A stretch of DNA of 64,000 nt from a virus, in the IMG/VR virus record IMGVR_UViG_3300023174_000068, positions 1 through 64,000 of that record; one strand, 5' to 3'. Positions within the stretch are counted from its first letter, which is position 1; each line of letters opens with the position of its first letter. Below are positions 27,898 through 37,796 of this stretch, one piece after another. A program made the translations under genes and the position numbers. A model generated the notes under the pieces. It had not been told where the DNA came from, did no database searches, and was given only the letters and a program-made list of their open reading frames with translations.

Positions 27898-29118
27898 TTA
27901 AATTAGGTGAAACTCCCTATTAATTTCTGCATCAAAAATTTGTTTTACTTCGTTATGCCACTTTTTTTGATATATGATGCTATCGTGAATGGTGATTAAT
28001 TTTATATCTGGATAAATTAAGTTAATTTTTTTAATGATGTTATTAAAGATTAGATTAGATTCGGCTTTCTGTAAATCATGTGCTAAGACCTTATAACCAC
28101 CGCATTCTTTTTTATAAAATTTAATGAATTTATGTATTGTTGGAAAAATTTGACTAAAGCTAATATCAGCTTTTGAATTGTGTCGATTAAGTCCAAAAAG
28201 TACTTTATAAGTCATTTGCTTTACTAATTTTCGATTTTTCTCTTCTAATATTTTTCCCCAATATTCATAGAAATTTCCAGATAAGGTTAGATTTTTAAAG
28301 AAATTAACTTCTTCTTTATCAACCCACAGGAGGTCGTGTTGATGGATTAATTTCCAAAGAAAAAGTGGTTGGCTATTTTTTATATCAATTTCCCCGGTTG
28401 ATTCGCCGTCGATTTCTAAACAATTTTTTCTAATAAAAGATTTTAATATGGTAAAGTTGGTATGTAATCGACCATAATTATCAAAATGATAGAATAAATG
28501 CTTAGAATTTATTGACTCAATAGAATAAATATTTCTATTATAATTATCACGGTCTTCGTTTTTAAGTAGGTCTAAATAAAAAACGCTTCTCTCGACATCA
28601 ATAGTCACAGAAAAAAGGTCAGAAATTAATTTTTGCCTAACTTGGACATCGATAGAGGATTTTACATCATCAGTTGGATCTGTGGTATCAAAGATTCTTC
28701 TTTTAAATTTCTTTAATAAGAATTTATCAGAATTATTGAATCTTTTGATTTGCCCCTTAAATACCAGAGGATTTAGACCATATATCCGTGATGAAACCCC
28801 GGCTTTATAGTTTTTTTTAAGAATGATGATTTGATTTTCAATAAGCCAATCAATGTAAAGTTTATATTGATAACCGTATTTTTCTTTTAACACCTGTGCA
28901 TTGATAACAAATTTATTTTCTTGCTTAAAATAATATTTCAACATAAGAGTGTGTACCAGGTCTATTAGATAACTAGACTTTATTTTAGAATCTCGAAATT
29001 GAATAATTTTTTTTTTAGAGATTTCGAATAAACAATGTGGTAAAAATTGTAGTAGGGTCTTTTTATTTTTAAGGTTATCGATAAGATTTGTTTTGTGGTA
29101 AGATAAATCCATCAGCAT
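27898..29118 (-). CDS. Minimal PolA / T7-RNA-polymerase-fold nucleotidyltransferase
   Basis: GRLHT, EIDIKNSQP (motif A), RKLVKQMTYKVLFG (motif B), LQKAES, TIHDSI (motif C). Confidence 0.7.
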   Translation of the reverse strand: MLMDLSYHKTNLIDNLKNKKTLLQFLPHCLFEISKKKIIQFRDSKIKSSYLIDLVHTLMLKYYFKQENKFVINAQVLKEKYGYQYKLYIDWLIENQIIILKKNYKAGVSSRIYGLNPLVFKGQIKRFNNSDKFLLKKFKRRIFDTTDPTDDVKSSIDVQVRQKLISDLFSVTIDVERSVFYLDLLKNEDRDNYNRNIYSIESINSKHLFYHFDNYGRLHTNFTILKSFIRKNCLEIDGESTGEIDIKNSQPLFLWKLIHQHDLLWVDKEEVNFFKNLTLSGNFYEYWGKILEEKNRKLVKQMTYKVLFGLNRHNSKADISFSQIFPTIHKFIKFYKKECGGYKVLAHDLQKAESNLIFNNIIKKINLIYPDIKLITIHDSIIYQKKWHNEVKQIFDAEINREFHLI

Positions 29119-29150
29119 AGGATTTATATCTTGTTTTTTAGCCTAAGTTT

Positions 29151-30467
29151 TTATTTTTTACCACCTGTAGATAGTTTACTCTTTTTAGACTTAACACCCT
29201 TTTTGTCTGATTCAGGAGTTTTTTCAAATTCACTATAAACATCTGGATAAACTTGATCAGTTGAATCTACATCATATTTTATATCAAAGAAGTCGCTAAA
29301 ATCTAAAAGTCCAACTTTTCCAAGTTCGATTTCTTGAACTCTTTGTAAATATTTATCTATATAAGACCTGATTTGGTCTACAAATTTATTGAATAAGATA
29401 ACTGTGTTGTCTGAAAAAATTCCGATTGGTTTTTTTCTTTTTTTACTAAAGCTTCCAAGAATCACTTTGAATATGTATTCAAATTTATCAGAGTATGACA
29501 GGTATTCAATTGTAAGTTTATTTTTTATTAATTGTGTGTTTATTTTAAATTTATCTTTATCGAAAAACTTAGGAACCACAAAATCAAAATTTTCAATATC
29601 ATCTTTAACTTGATTAATGTAGAGATTAAACAACTTTGACATCAAAAAAATATACATCTCTTCAAAATTTTCACCTTTGATTTTGATATCTTCTAAATTA
29701 ATAGACTGGCAAAAATTAAGAAAATTTACCAATATTAGTGTATAGATTTCAACAAATTCTGTTGAGTTTGAATCATCGGCTCTTCTATAAAGTGGATTTA
29801 ATAGTTCAAAAGAGATATCTTTAGTCTTACTTTTAATTATTAATTTTTGTAAATTATTTTGAAATTCGTTTTCCATTAAAAAGGAATTTTGAATACTTGG
29901 GTTTAGAATCTTGTAAAAGAAGAAAGAGAATGACTTCTCTCCAAAAACAAATTCTAAATCATGTTCTGATGTATTTAAGAAATAAAGTATTGCCTCTTTC
30001 ATAGTTTCGGTTAATCTACCTTGATAGATAACAGGAATTGAATCAACTTGGAAAAGTCTAGCATACTCACCGATTTCATCGATTTGAAAACCATATTTAC
30101 CCTGTTTATAAATAGAAGTAAGTACAAGTCCATTTTGGGGAACTCTACTATACTGGATGTTAGCCGGTTGCTCATCAGGGAAATATTCAAAGCAAAACCA
30201 CCACTTTCTATTAAGCAAACTTTTAACTCTCTGTTCTAAACTATTTAGATAATCAAAAACAGGATTATAATAATTCTGCATTGCCAAGTCGACAAGATTG
30301 ATTTTCTCACCATTGACTGATTTTGTTCTGATTTGAAAATTATGACCATCCCAGTTAACCCAGATTTTTGAACCCTGTATATCTTCAATTATAATTAGTT
30401 CATCGTTTAGGATGTCATTAATTATATTATCGTCTTCGACGGAATTTAAGGTTAATAATCTACTCAT
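29151..30467 (-). CDS. RNA/DNA ligase-like nucleotidyltransferase-fold protein, apparently lacking the catalytic Lys
   Basis: IIIEDIQGSKI in place of EKxDG; FEYF; IPVIYQG. Confidence 0.5.
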   Translation of the reverse strand: MSRLLTLNSVEDDNIINDILNDELIIIEDIQGSKIWVNWDGHNFQIRTKSVNGEKINLVDLAMQNYYNPVFDYLNSLEQRVKSLLNRKWWFCFEYFPDEQPANIQYSRVPQNGLVLTSIYKQGKYGFQIDEIGEYARLFQVDSIPVIYQGRLTETMKEAILYFLNTSEHDLEFVFGEKSFSFFFYKILNPSIQNSFLMENEFQNNLQKLIIKSKTKDISFELLNPLYRRADDSNSTEFVEIYTLILVNFLNFCQSINLEDIKIKGENFEEMYIFLMSKLFNLYINQVKDDIENFDFVVPKFFDKDKFKINTQLIKNKLTIEYLSYSDKFEYIFKVILGSFSKKRKKPIGIFSDNTVILFNKFVDQIRSYIDKYLQRVQEIELGKVGLLDFSDFFDIKYDVDSTDQVYPDVYSEFEKTPESDKKGVKSKKSKLSTGGKK

Positions 30468-30505
30468 AATTGATTTCTGTTTTTATCAATCGTATATATA
30501 AAAAA

Positions 30506-30829
30506 CTACTTTTCTTTTAAAAAATTTAACATTATTGAGATATCTTCTGACTCCTCGCCACTTAAATCGGCCCGACTACCACCGGCTTTAAGATATTCTG
30601 TAAGTATGCTGTTATAATCATCTCCAAAAAAGAGGTCACTTGTTAAATCATTCTTTGAATCAGGATTTTGAAAATTATGCACCTGTTTAAGCCCAGTGTG
30701 TGATTTATTAATTGTATTTGGACTAACCGTATCACCATAAGCCGGTCCGAAATAACTACCTTGAGCCTTTTGAGGAATCTCCGTTCCTGATATCTCATTA
30801 ATAAATTGAGTATATTTTTTAATTTTCAT
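30506..30829 (-). CDS. Small protein with capsid-targeting-like tag
   Basis: MKIKKYTQFINE start. Confidence 0.75.
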   Translation of the reverse strand: MKIKKYTQFINEISGTEIPQKAQGSYFGPAYGDTVSPNTINKSHTGLKQVHNFQNPDSKNDLTSDLFFGDDYNSILTEYLKAGGSRADLSGEESEDISIMLNFLKEK

Positions 30830-31250
30830 CTACTTCTATTTTTTCAAAATATTCATCATGTTCTTCAAGTGAATACTGATTTTTTTGCAGATTATATATT
30901 AAATTATATAAAAATTTATCCTCTAGCGGATGGACAACTCCACCGGTCATAATAACTAAAACTGATTCGGTTCCGTAGTCAACCTCTAAATTTACGATTC
31001 TAAGTCCAAACTTACCATCTCTATCGTGTAAATTACAAATAATAACAATTTTCGATTCGATAAGTTCGTTTATTTTTTGACTCACCGAGCACTTCGAAAG
31101 TAGCATAAAATCTTTGTTATGAACAGGAAAAGGTGTGATGACTCGACTAACAGCAACTGTCTCTGAGCTCAATTTTTCGATTGGTTTTTGAGTCTCACTA
31201 GTATCTAAATCAGGTAGAAGATACTTCCTGAAGATTTTTCTAATTTTCAT
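30819..31250 (-). CDS. Hypothetical protein
   Basis: 143-aa ORF with AATATATA upstream. Confidence 0.7.
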   Translation of the reverse strand: MKIRKIFRKYLLPDLDTSETQKPIEKLSSETVAVSRVITPFPVHNKDFMLLSKCSVSQKINELIESKIVIICNLHDRDGKFGLRIVNLEVDYGTESVLVIMTGGVVHPLEDKFLYNLIYNLQKNQYSLEEHDEYFEKIEVDEN

Positions 31251-31328
31251 AATTAAATCTTCTTTTATTGTATATATTAATCAGAGATATTGTGGTTTTT
31301 ATATATACTTTGAAAATTTCTGTTTTTT

Positions 31329-34300
31329 ATGGATAAACAATTATTAAAAGCATTAGACAATATCGGAGTAGGTCTGGAGGCACTTGTAGAGGCACTACAA
31401 AAAAGTGGCGAAGCAAAATCTAATGTTGGAGAAGCAGTTCAATCAGGTGATTTTGGCAAATCACTGGAACAAATTTCGGTTGAAATCCAATCAATTAAGA
31501 CTGATACTCAAGAAATCCTAAAAAACCAAAAAACGCTAATTGCCTTAGCAAAGAAAAAAGAGACAGAAAAAAAGACCGGAGACCCTAAAGACCCAATGAC
31601 CGATGCAGGTGATCCAAAAAAAACAGGGGCTCTAAAAAAGGGACTGGCTACTATTCTATTAATTGCTGTGGCGGTATTAGCCATAGGAATGGCCTTTAAA
31701 TTAGTTGGCAAAGTTAATATTATGTCAGTTATCGCATTAGGAATAGGTATCGTATTGGTGGCCTTTGCTTTTGAGAGGGTTGCAAAAATAAAAGGCGCAT
31801 CTGGTGGCCCACTAACGATAAAAGAGGCTCTTACGACTTCTCTTATCATGGTCACAATGTCACTAGCAACGATGATCTCATCAAAATTATTGTCAAAAAT
31901 AACACCAATTTCCATTAAACAAGCCCTGACAGCCGCCGTAATAGCTTTACTATTTGTTTTAGTAGCACCAGCAATTGGTAAACTGATATCATCTCTAATG
32001 ACGTCACAGGAGGTTGGATTCGAGGGCATTACGATAAAAACTCAAAAATTAGATATGACCGCCTTTATGGGTGCCTTAGTTATGGTTCCGCTGTTGATGA
32101 TTACCAGTTCAATAGGTATTATGATATCTTCAAAAATTTTATCACTAGTAGTGCCTCTTAAAATAACTCAACTAATTACAATAACCCTTATAGCCGTGAT
32201 GTTTGCTGTTGTCGCAAAAGGCATCGCTGGTCTTATTACCGCATTTACCACCACAACTGAGGCATCAGGGAGTGGATTTGGATTTAAAACTCAGAGCATT
32301 GGTATTGGAAAAGTTGCAGCCATGGCTCTAATATTACCAATTATAATGGTTGCCATATCTGCAGGAATTGCGTTATCCTCAAAAGTGCTACAAATGATAC
32401 AACCAATTGGCTTCAGACAAGCAGTGACCGCGATATTGATTGCCGGTATGTTTGCTGTTGTATCAATGGGTATAGGTAAGCTGATAAACTCATTAGGTCC
32501 GTTTGCTCTTGTGGCTATATTAGCACTGCCATTTGCTATGGTAGCAATTGCACTTGGTATCGCAATGGCTGCTAAAATTTTCGCCGTTTTCAAGTCATCA
32601 TTTGATAAACTAAGTTGGGCAACTATGTTCAAAATTTTATTACTCGGAGTAGCAATTGGAGCAATAACCTTTGTGATGTCATACGCGATAAAGAATCTGA
32701 AAAATCTTGATCTTAAAACAGTGATTCTACTACCGCTTTTATTGACGTTAATATCACTTGCCGTTGCTGCTTCTGCTTATATCTTTGGCCAAGACAAAGT
32801 GATCCTCAGTTTAGGAAAAATAACTTTTATGACAATTGTAAAAATTGCACTCGTAGGTATTGCTATTGGTATCATCACAATCGTAGCTGCTTTTGCTCTT
32901 AAAATATTGGGTGATATAAGTTTTAAGAAAGTAATCTTACTACCAATTCTTTTCACTTTAATATCACTGGCAGTTGCGGTATCTAGTTGGATTTTTGCAA
33001 AATTTTCCAAATCATTTGACAAATTAACCTTTTCAACAATATTTAGAATAATTTTCTTTGGAATCGCAATTGCCATAGTTGCTATTGCTATGGCAATTGC
33101 TGTAAAAATCATAAATATTCTAATCAACCCATTAGATGCTCTCAAAGGAGGCTTAGTGATTGTGATTTTAGCCGGTGTAATAGCACTTACTTCACTTATT
33201 CTAAACATAGGCAAATACAATAAATATCCCTCGGTAAAATGGGGTCTTGGCGTAGCATTAGCACTTACAGCATTCGGAGTAGGTGCTTTGGCATTAGGTT
33301 CAGCCGTATTTGGCCCACAGGCTTTAGTTTTCTTAGCCGGTCTTGCAGCAATTATGTTGGTAGCAGTTGCAATTGTTGGCGCTGACGCCATTTTATCTGC
33401 CGGAAAATACAACAAATATCCAAGTATTGGTTGGTCCGCATCCGTAGCACTAACTTTAGGTGCCTTTACGGCAGGTATTATTGTGCTAGGTCTAAACGTT
33501 CTTAATCCTTTCTTTTATGCTGGCTTCCCGCTTCTTAAAAAAGTAGCAAATAGTATAGTCGATGTGTCAAATATCCTATCAAAGGGCAAATATAATGCGA
33601 ACTTTGGTCAATGGGCCGCAGGAGTTGTCTTACTCTACGCAACTTTTACTCCAATCATACTAATTTTAGGTGCTGTGGCAATCGCCGGTAAAATCTCTGG
33701 CTTCTTTGGTGGACCAGATCCTTTTAAAGAAGGTCAAAAAATGTTGGTATCGGTGGCTAACTCTATTATAGCTGTTGATAAAATATTAGCAAAAGGAACA
33801 TATAAAGGCGGTCCTTCGAAAAAATGGGCCGAGGGTGTATCTTTAGCCATAGGTGCCTTTGGTCCAGTTTACGCTATGTTAGTGAAAGCAGCCGTCTTCA
33901 AAGCTTTTGGTGCTAGCGGAGTATCTCCAAAAGATTTTGTAAAAGCCATCAAGATTACTTCACAAGGTATAGTAGCAGCGGCTGCGTTTTTTGCTAAAAA
34001 TAAAGCAGTTTTTAAAGACGGTCCCCCTAAAAAATGGGCAGAAGGTGTTGGATTAGCGATTGGAGCATTTGCTCCAGTATTTAAAACACTAAGTGAAGGG
34101 GGTGGGTGGTTTTCGTCAGGGAAAGACGCCGTTGAAGACATGATTTGGGGTATCTTAGCTGTAACTAGGGCAATTGTAGGATCAGGTAGTATACTTTCTA
34201 ATAGCAAAATTCAGTTCACCAATTATCCATCCAAAAAGTGGGGAACAGGAATAAAACAAGCAATAGAGTCTTTTGTTGGTATCTTTGAGATGTTAGACAA

Positions 34301-35783
34301 AAAAGGTCTATCAACGGATTATTTTGCTTATTTGTCTAAAGGTGTAGCATCTGCTGCAGTATCGATGGCCGTGGTAGCTAATGCATTTTATAAAAACAGG
34401 AAGTCATTTGGATTCACTATTTCTCTAAACTGGATAAAAGGAGTTAAGATTAACATACTCGAGTTTGCAAAACTTGCTCTTCAATTAGATAAAATGCTTG
34501 TGTCTGAAAAGACTGTTACCACAGAGGCCAGTGTGGGTTTTGGTCTAGCAAAAGTTAGTTTAAGTAAAACAGTTAAAGTAAGAAAAGACCTTAGCTTACC
34601 AAAGGACATAGCGATTCAAATGGCAAATGTGGCTCAAATTCTATGGCACAATAAAAAATTCTTTTCGTATAGTCTGCCTTCAAATTGGATAAAAGGAGTT
34701 AAGATTAACATACTCGAGTTTGCAAAACTTGCTCTTCAATTAGATAAAATGCTTGTGTCTGAAAAGACTGTTACCACAGAGGCCAGTGTGGGTTTTGGTC
34801 TAGCAAAAGTTAGTTTAAGTAAAACAGTTAAAGTAAGAAAAGACCTTAGCTTACCAAAGGACATAGCGATTCAAATGGCAAATGTGGCTCAAATTCTATG
34901 GCACAATAAAAAATTCTTTTCGTATAGTCTGCCTTCAGAATGGGTAACAAATTTGTCCAAAAATTTACTGAGATATTTTTTCTTACAAAAACAACTAGAG
35001 TCATTATCAGGTGAAAGCAAATTAAAATCTGCTCTAATGATTGGTCTTACCGCAGTGAATCCATTACTGGGTCTTGGATTTGCCGGAGCGTCCGCTTTAA
35101 TGGAATCTCGTTCGGATGATACTGTGGCCAAAGCGGCTAAAAAATTAGTTAAAGTTGCTTGGATAATGTATTCAGGTAGAAAGGCATTTGACATGAAGAT
35201 AGATCCAAACTTCATGGCAAAAGTAGGGAAGAACTTGATAGACTTTGCATATGTGGTGAAAAAGATTGCAGAAATTGAGAGAAGTAACTCTGGGGGAAAT
35301 TTCCTTAGAGACTTGACAGGAAATGACCCAATATCCTCTTATTCGAAAAAAATGATAAAGTTAGCTAAGGGTTATGACGCAATGGCCAATGCTCTACTCA
35401 AACTGGGTAGGGCTATAAAGATACTTAAACTTAAAGACCTCAAGGAACTCGCAAAAATCACATCAGAGGTTTCATCAGGCACTTACAACCCAGAAAGGAG
35501 GATTTCTCCTGTTGTAACCAAAGACCTCTTTTCAGCTAAAAAGGTCAAAGTTGAGTCTAATTCAGGTGCAAGAAATTATAATCCTAAGTTTGAAGAACTT
35601 ATCAAAGAAATTAAAACAGCTGTATCGGTTCTAAAGTCAATAAAAGGAGATTCATCAAGTATAAATAAATATTTATCAGACGCTGATAGTGAACCAAGTA
35701 AACCAGTAGTCGTTGGTCAGGATCCCCCTAAAAAAACACCACCAGCAGCGCCGGCTTCGCTTTTCGATTTTTTTCATCTATAA
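31329..35783 (+). CDS. Probable tail tape measure protein
   Basis: 1484 aa, Ala/Ile/Leu/Gly-rich helical repeats, recurring PSxKWxxGV units, TATATA upstream. Confidence 0.6.
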   Translation: MDKQLLKALDNIGVGLEALVEALQKSGEAKSNVGEAVQSGDFGKSLEQISVEIQSIKTDTQEILKNQKTLIALAKKKETEKKTGDPKDPMTDAGDPKKTGALKKGLATILLIAVAVLAIGMAFKLVGKVNIMSVIALGIGIVLVAFAFERVAKIKGASGGPLTIKEALTTSLIMVTMSLATMISSKLLSKITPISIKQALTAAVIALLFVLVAPAIGKLISSLMTSQEVGFEGITIKTQKLDMTAFMGALVMVPLLMITSSIGIMISSKILSLVVPLKITQLITITLIAVMFAVVAKGIAGLITAFTTTTEASGSGFGFKTQSIGIGKVAAMALILPIIMVAISAGIALSSKVLQMIQPIGFRQAVTAILIAGMFAVVSMGIGKLINSLGPFALVAILALPFAMVAIALGIAMAAKIFAVFKSSFDKLSWATMFKILLLGVAIGAITFVMSYAIKNLKNLDLKTVILLPLLLTLISLAVAASAYIFGQDKVILSLGKITFMTIVKIALVGIAIGIITIVAAFALKILGDISFKKVILLPILFTLISLAVAVSSWIFAKFSKSFDKLTFSTIFRIIFFGIAIAIVAIAMAIAVKIINILINPLDALKGGLVIVILAGVIALTSLILNIGKYNKYPSVKWGLGVALALTAFGVGALALGSAVFGPQALVFLAGLAAIMLVAVAIVGADAILSAGKYNKYPSIGWSASVALTLGAFTAGIIVLGLNVLNPFFYAGFPLLKKVANSIVDVSNILSKGKYNANFGQWAAGVVLLYATFTPIILILGAVAIAGKISGFFGGPDPFKEGQKMLVSVANSIIAVDKILAKGTYKGGPSKKWAEGVSLAIGAFGPVYAMLVKAAVFKAFGASGVSPKDFVKAIKITSQGIVAAAAFFAKNKAVFKDGPPKKWAEGVGLAIGAFAPVFKTLSEGGGWFSSGKDAVEDMIWGILAVTRAIVGSGSILSNSKIQFTNYPSKKWGTGIKQAIESFVGIFEMLDKKGLSTDYFAYLSKGVASAAVSMAVVANAFYKNRKSFGFTISLNWIKGVKINILEFAKLALQLDKMLVSEKTVTTEASVGFGLAKVSLSKTVKVRKDLSLPKDIAIQMANVAQILWHNKKFFSYSLPSNWIKGVKINILEFAKLALQLDKMLVSEKTVTTEASVGFGLAKVSLSKTVKVRKDLSLPKDIAIQMANVAQILWHNKKFFSYSLPSEWVTNLSKNLLRYFFLQKQLESLSGESKLKSALMIGLTAVNPLLGLGFAGASALMESRSDDTVAKAAKKLVKVAWIMYSGRKAFDMKIDPNFMAKVGKNLIDFAYVVKKIAEIERSNSGGNFLRDLTGNDPISSYSKKMIKLAKGYDAMANALLKLGRAIKILKLKDLKELAKITSEVSSGTYNPERRISPVVTKDLFSAKKVKVESNSGARNYNPKFEELIKEIKTAVSVLKSIKGDSSSINKYLSDADSEPSKPVVVGQDPPKKTPPAAPASLFDFFHL
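34431..34937 (+). repeat. In-frame tandem duplication, period 255 bp (85 codons)
   Basis: 34431-34682 and 34686-34937 read identical over 252 bp. Confidence 0.92.
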
Positions 35784-35877
35784 AGTTTCTATGGCCTGCA
35801 TTTTTTTTATTTAAATAGCGGTTTATTTTTTTTGATGAATGTAAATTAACAAATAAAGGTAGATGTTCATAGGTGGG

Positions 35878-35904
35878 TAAACAAAATTTAAAAAAAATAT
35901 ATAA
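35878..35904 (+). promoter_or_regulatory. Putative bipartite promoter TAAAC-N15-TATATAA
   Basis: Exact motif upstream of the ATG at 35913. Confidence 0.55.
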
Positions 35905-35912
35905 AACCTAAT

Positions 35913-36320
35913 ATGTTAAAAAAGTTGAGAACCTTCTTTTACTGGCGAAAAATAATTAATAACAATAAAACGATTATTCAAAATAGGTTTAACTTAAGAA
36001 AAGATTATGCCTGTAGACTCTATACGGTAATAAATGTTCCAGAGGAATTAGTTGGTGATTCATACAGTTTGAGAAAAAGTGATGTAGATATTATTACAAA
36101 AAATTATGTCGAAACCTATACAAAAGATGTAAGTAAGTGGCTAAATGAAAATGGCCTTACAGAACTTTATAAGGTATATGAAATAAGAAAAGTGGAAAAA
36201 TATTCTTGGCTTATAGTAATAGGTTTTTCTCAGTTTGAAACTAATAAATTCTACAATAGATTATACTATGTATTTATACCATTAGTAGTAATATTATCTT
36301 TAGCACTATTACTAATTTAA
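35913..36320 (+). CDS. Hypothetical protein with C-terminal membrane anchor
   Basis: C-terminal LYYVFIPLVVILSLALLLI. Confidence 0.75.
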   Translation: MLKKLRTFFYWRKIINNNKTIIQNRFNLRKDYACRLYTVINVPEELVGDSYSLRKSDVDIITKNYVETYTKDVSKWLNENGLTELYKVYEIRKVEKYSWLIVIGFSQFETNKFYNRLYYVFIPLVVILSLALLLI

Positions 36321-36370
36321 TAATCTAAACTTTTTTACTCTTTTAACTTATAAATAATAAAAAAAAATAA

Positions 36371-36799
36371 ATGGACAGATTTTACGATTTATCACAAGAT
36401 ACTATTGATTCTTTTTTCTCAGTATTCAATAAAAAATCTTTCCCTGTTTCAATTAAAATTGAATTTATCGGGGACACAAAACAAAAAAACTTAGTCAAGA
36501 TTTCTAAAATAGCAGATGACTATGCCTTTATCTTACAAAAAGAACTAAAAGTATCAATCAACGAAGATCTACTAAATCATTACGATGATGAGTCTATTAC
36601 TATCCTTTTTGAACAGGAGATTGACAAAATTAATATGAATATTGAATCAGGAAAAATTAAATTAGTAAAAACCGATTTGAATACTTTTTCATCACTTGTA
36701 AATAAGTGGGGAGTTGAAAAAGTAGCCAGAGCAAACAAAGTAGAAGAACTTTATAACCAACAAAAACAAGATAGCAGAGATGAAGAATTTATCATTTAA
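36371..36799 (+). CDS. Hypothetical protein (possibly a degenerate phage metallopeptidase fold)
   Basis: 142 aa; ILFEQEIDKI where HExxH would be expected. Confidence 0.65.
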   Translation: MDRFYDLSQDTIDSFFSVFNKKSFPVSIKIEFIGDTKQKNLVKISKIADDYAFILQKELKVSINEDLLNHYDDESITILFEQEIDKINMNIESGKIKLVKTDLNTFSSLVNKWGVEKVARANKVEELYNQQKQDSRDEEFII

Positions 36800-37034
36800 C
36801 AACTTAGGAGAGAATTATTTAAGGGCGCTGACAAAAAAGTATGAGGCTCAAATGGAAGAAGCGATGGCTAATCTGGCTTTATATTTTTCCAACACTAATC
36901 TAGCTTCAATAGGCGAGCATTCCGACTTATTGGAAGAACACGACAAATGGCTTGAGGTTTATGCAGCCGCCAAAGATAAATTAGAATGTCTTTTAGAACT
37001 ATATCCTAAAAAGACTGACCAAATTAACGGATAA
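36780..37034 (+). CDS. Small coiled-coil hypothetical protein
   Basis: Two helices linked by SIGEHSD. Confidence 0.75.
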   Translation: MKNLSFNNLGENYLRALTKKYEAQMEEAMANLALYFSNTNLASIGEHSDLLEEHDKWLEVYAAAKDKLECLLELYPKKTDQING

Positions 37035-37050
37035 AAAAATAAATAAAAAA

Positions 37051-37695
37051 ATGGGTAAAAAATTAGAAACAGCAGTAGTAAAACCAGAAACTACAATAAC
37101 TAGAGCTGAAACCGAGATGCAACTAATTGCAACAGAACAAGAAAATAAACTAGACTCAATTATTCAGGAAATTAAAGACTATATGTCTAATAACTCCGGA
37201 AAAGGTAAAACAAATAGCGAAAAAGATGAGATGTATTTATCAGCTCAAAAAATTTGGAAATCTTTTATCGACACACTTGAGTCAGTCAGATATAATTTCT
37301 TTTTAGATAAAGAACAAGCTAAGTATCTACAAGACCTAATCCAAAATAAACTAGAATATGATGTCAATTCAGTATTTTTTGCAATCGAAATTAAATCACT
37401 GATTGATTCTATTAGAAACTCTAAAACGGATATTTCTTCTTTTCCGATGTCAGCAACAGATGTAACTTATATCTATCATCTAATATCACAACATAAAGTT
37501 AAGGGATTGGGCAAAGATTCCATAAACTTTTCTCAAATTTTACTTATGATTGGAAGTGTTAGTAAAATTTTTAACTATTACGACACAACTGGTAAAAACT
37601 TAGCAACAGATATACAAGATTGGGTTTTGACTTTTGATGATAGCGTTAATTTTGACAACTCTATCAAAGCACAAGTAGTAGAACCACAGGGATAA
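37051..37695 (+). CDS. Hypothetical protein
   Basis: 214-aa helical ORF in the same operon. Confidence 0.75.
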   Translation: MGKKLETAVVKPETTITRAETEMQLIATEQENKLDSIIQEIKDYMSNNSGKGKTNSEKDEMYLSAQKIWKSFIDTLESVRYNFFLDKEQAKYLQDLIQNKLEYDVNSVFFAIEIKSLIDSIRNSKTDISSFPMSATDVTYIYHLISQHKVKGLGKDSINFSQILLMIGSVSKIFNYYDTTGKNLATDIQDWVLTFDDSVNFDNSIKAQVVEPQG

Positions 37696-37796
37696 TAATA
37701 TCTAAATATCTTTTACTAAACCCCAAAAAGCAAGGATAATAACTTTTGATGACTTAAAAGTAGCGGGTATTTTCTATCAAATTCTGTTTTTTTTTA

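Noticed and set aside
31508-35215. Several 108-212 aa antisense ORFs opposite the tape measure candidate
   Set aside because: Shadow frames expected from Ala/Ile/Gly-rich codons; no promoters or recognisable motifs.
37697-37796. Short hairpin ACTTTT-GATGACTT-AAAAGT with a hammerhead-like TGATGA
   Set aside because: Lacks the CUGAUGA/GAAA core and three-stem geometry; at most a weak terminator between convergent genes.
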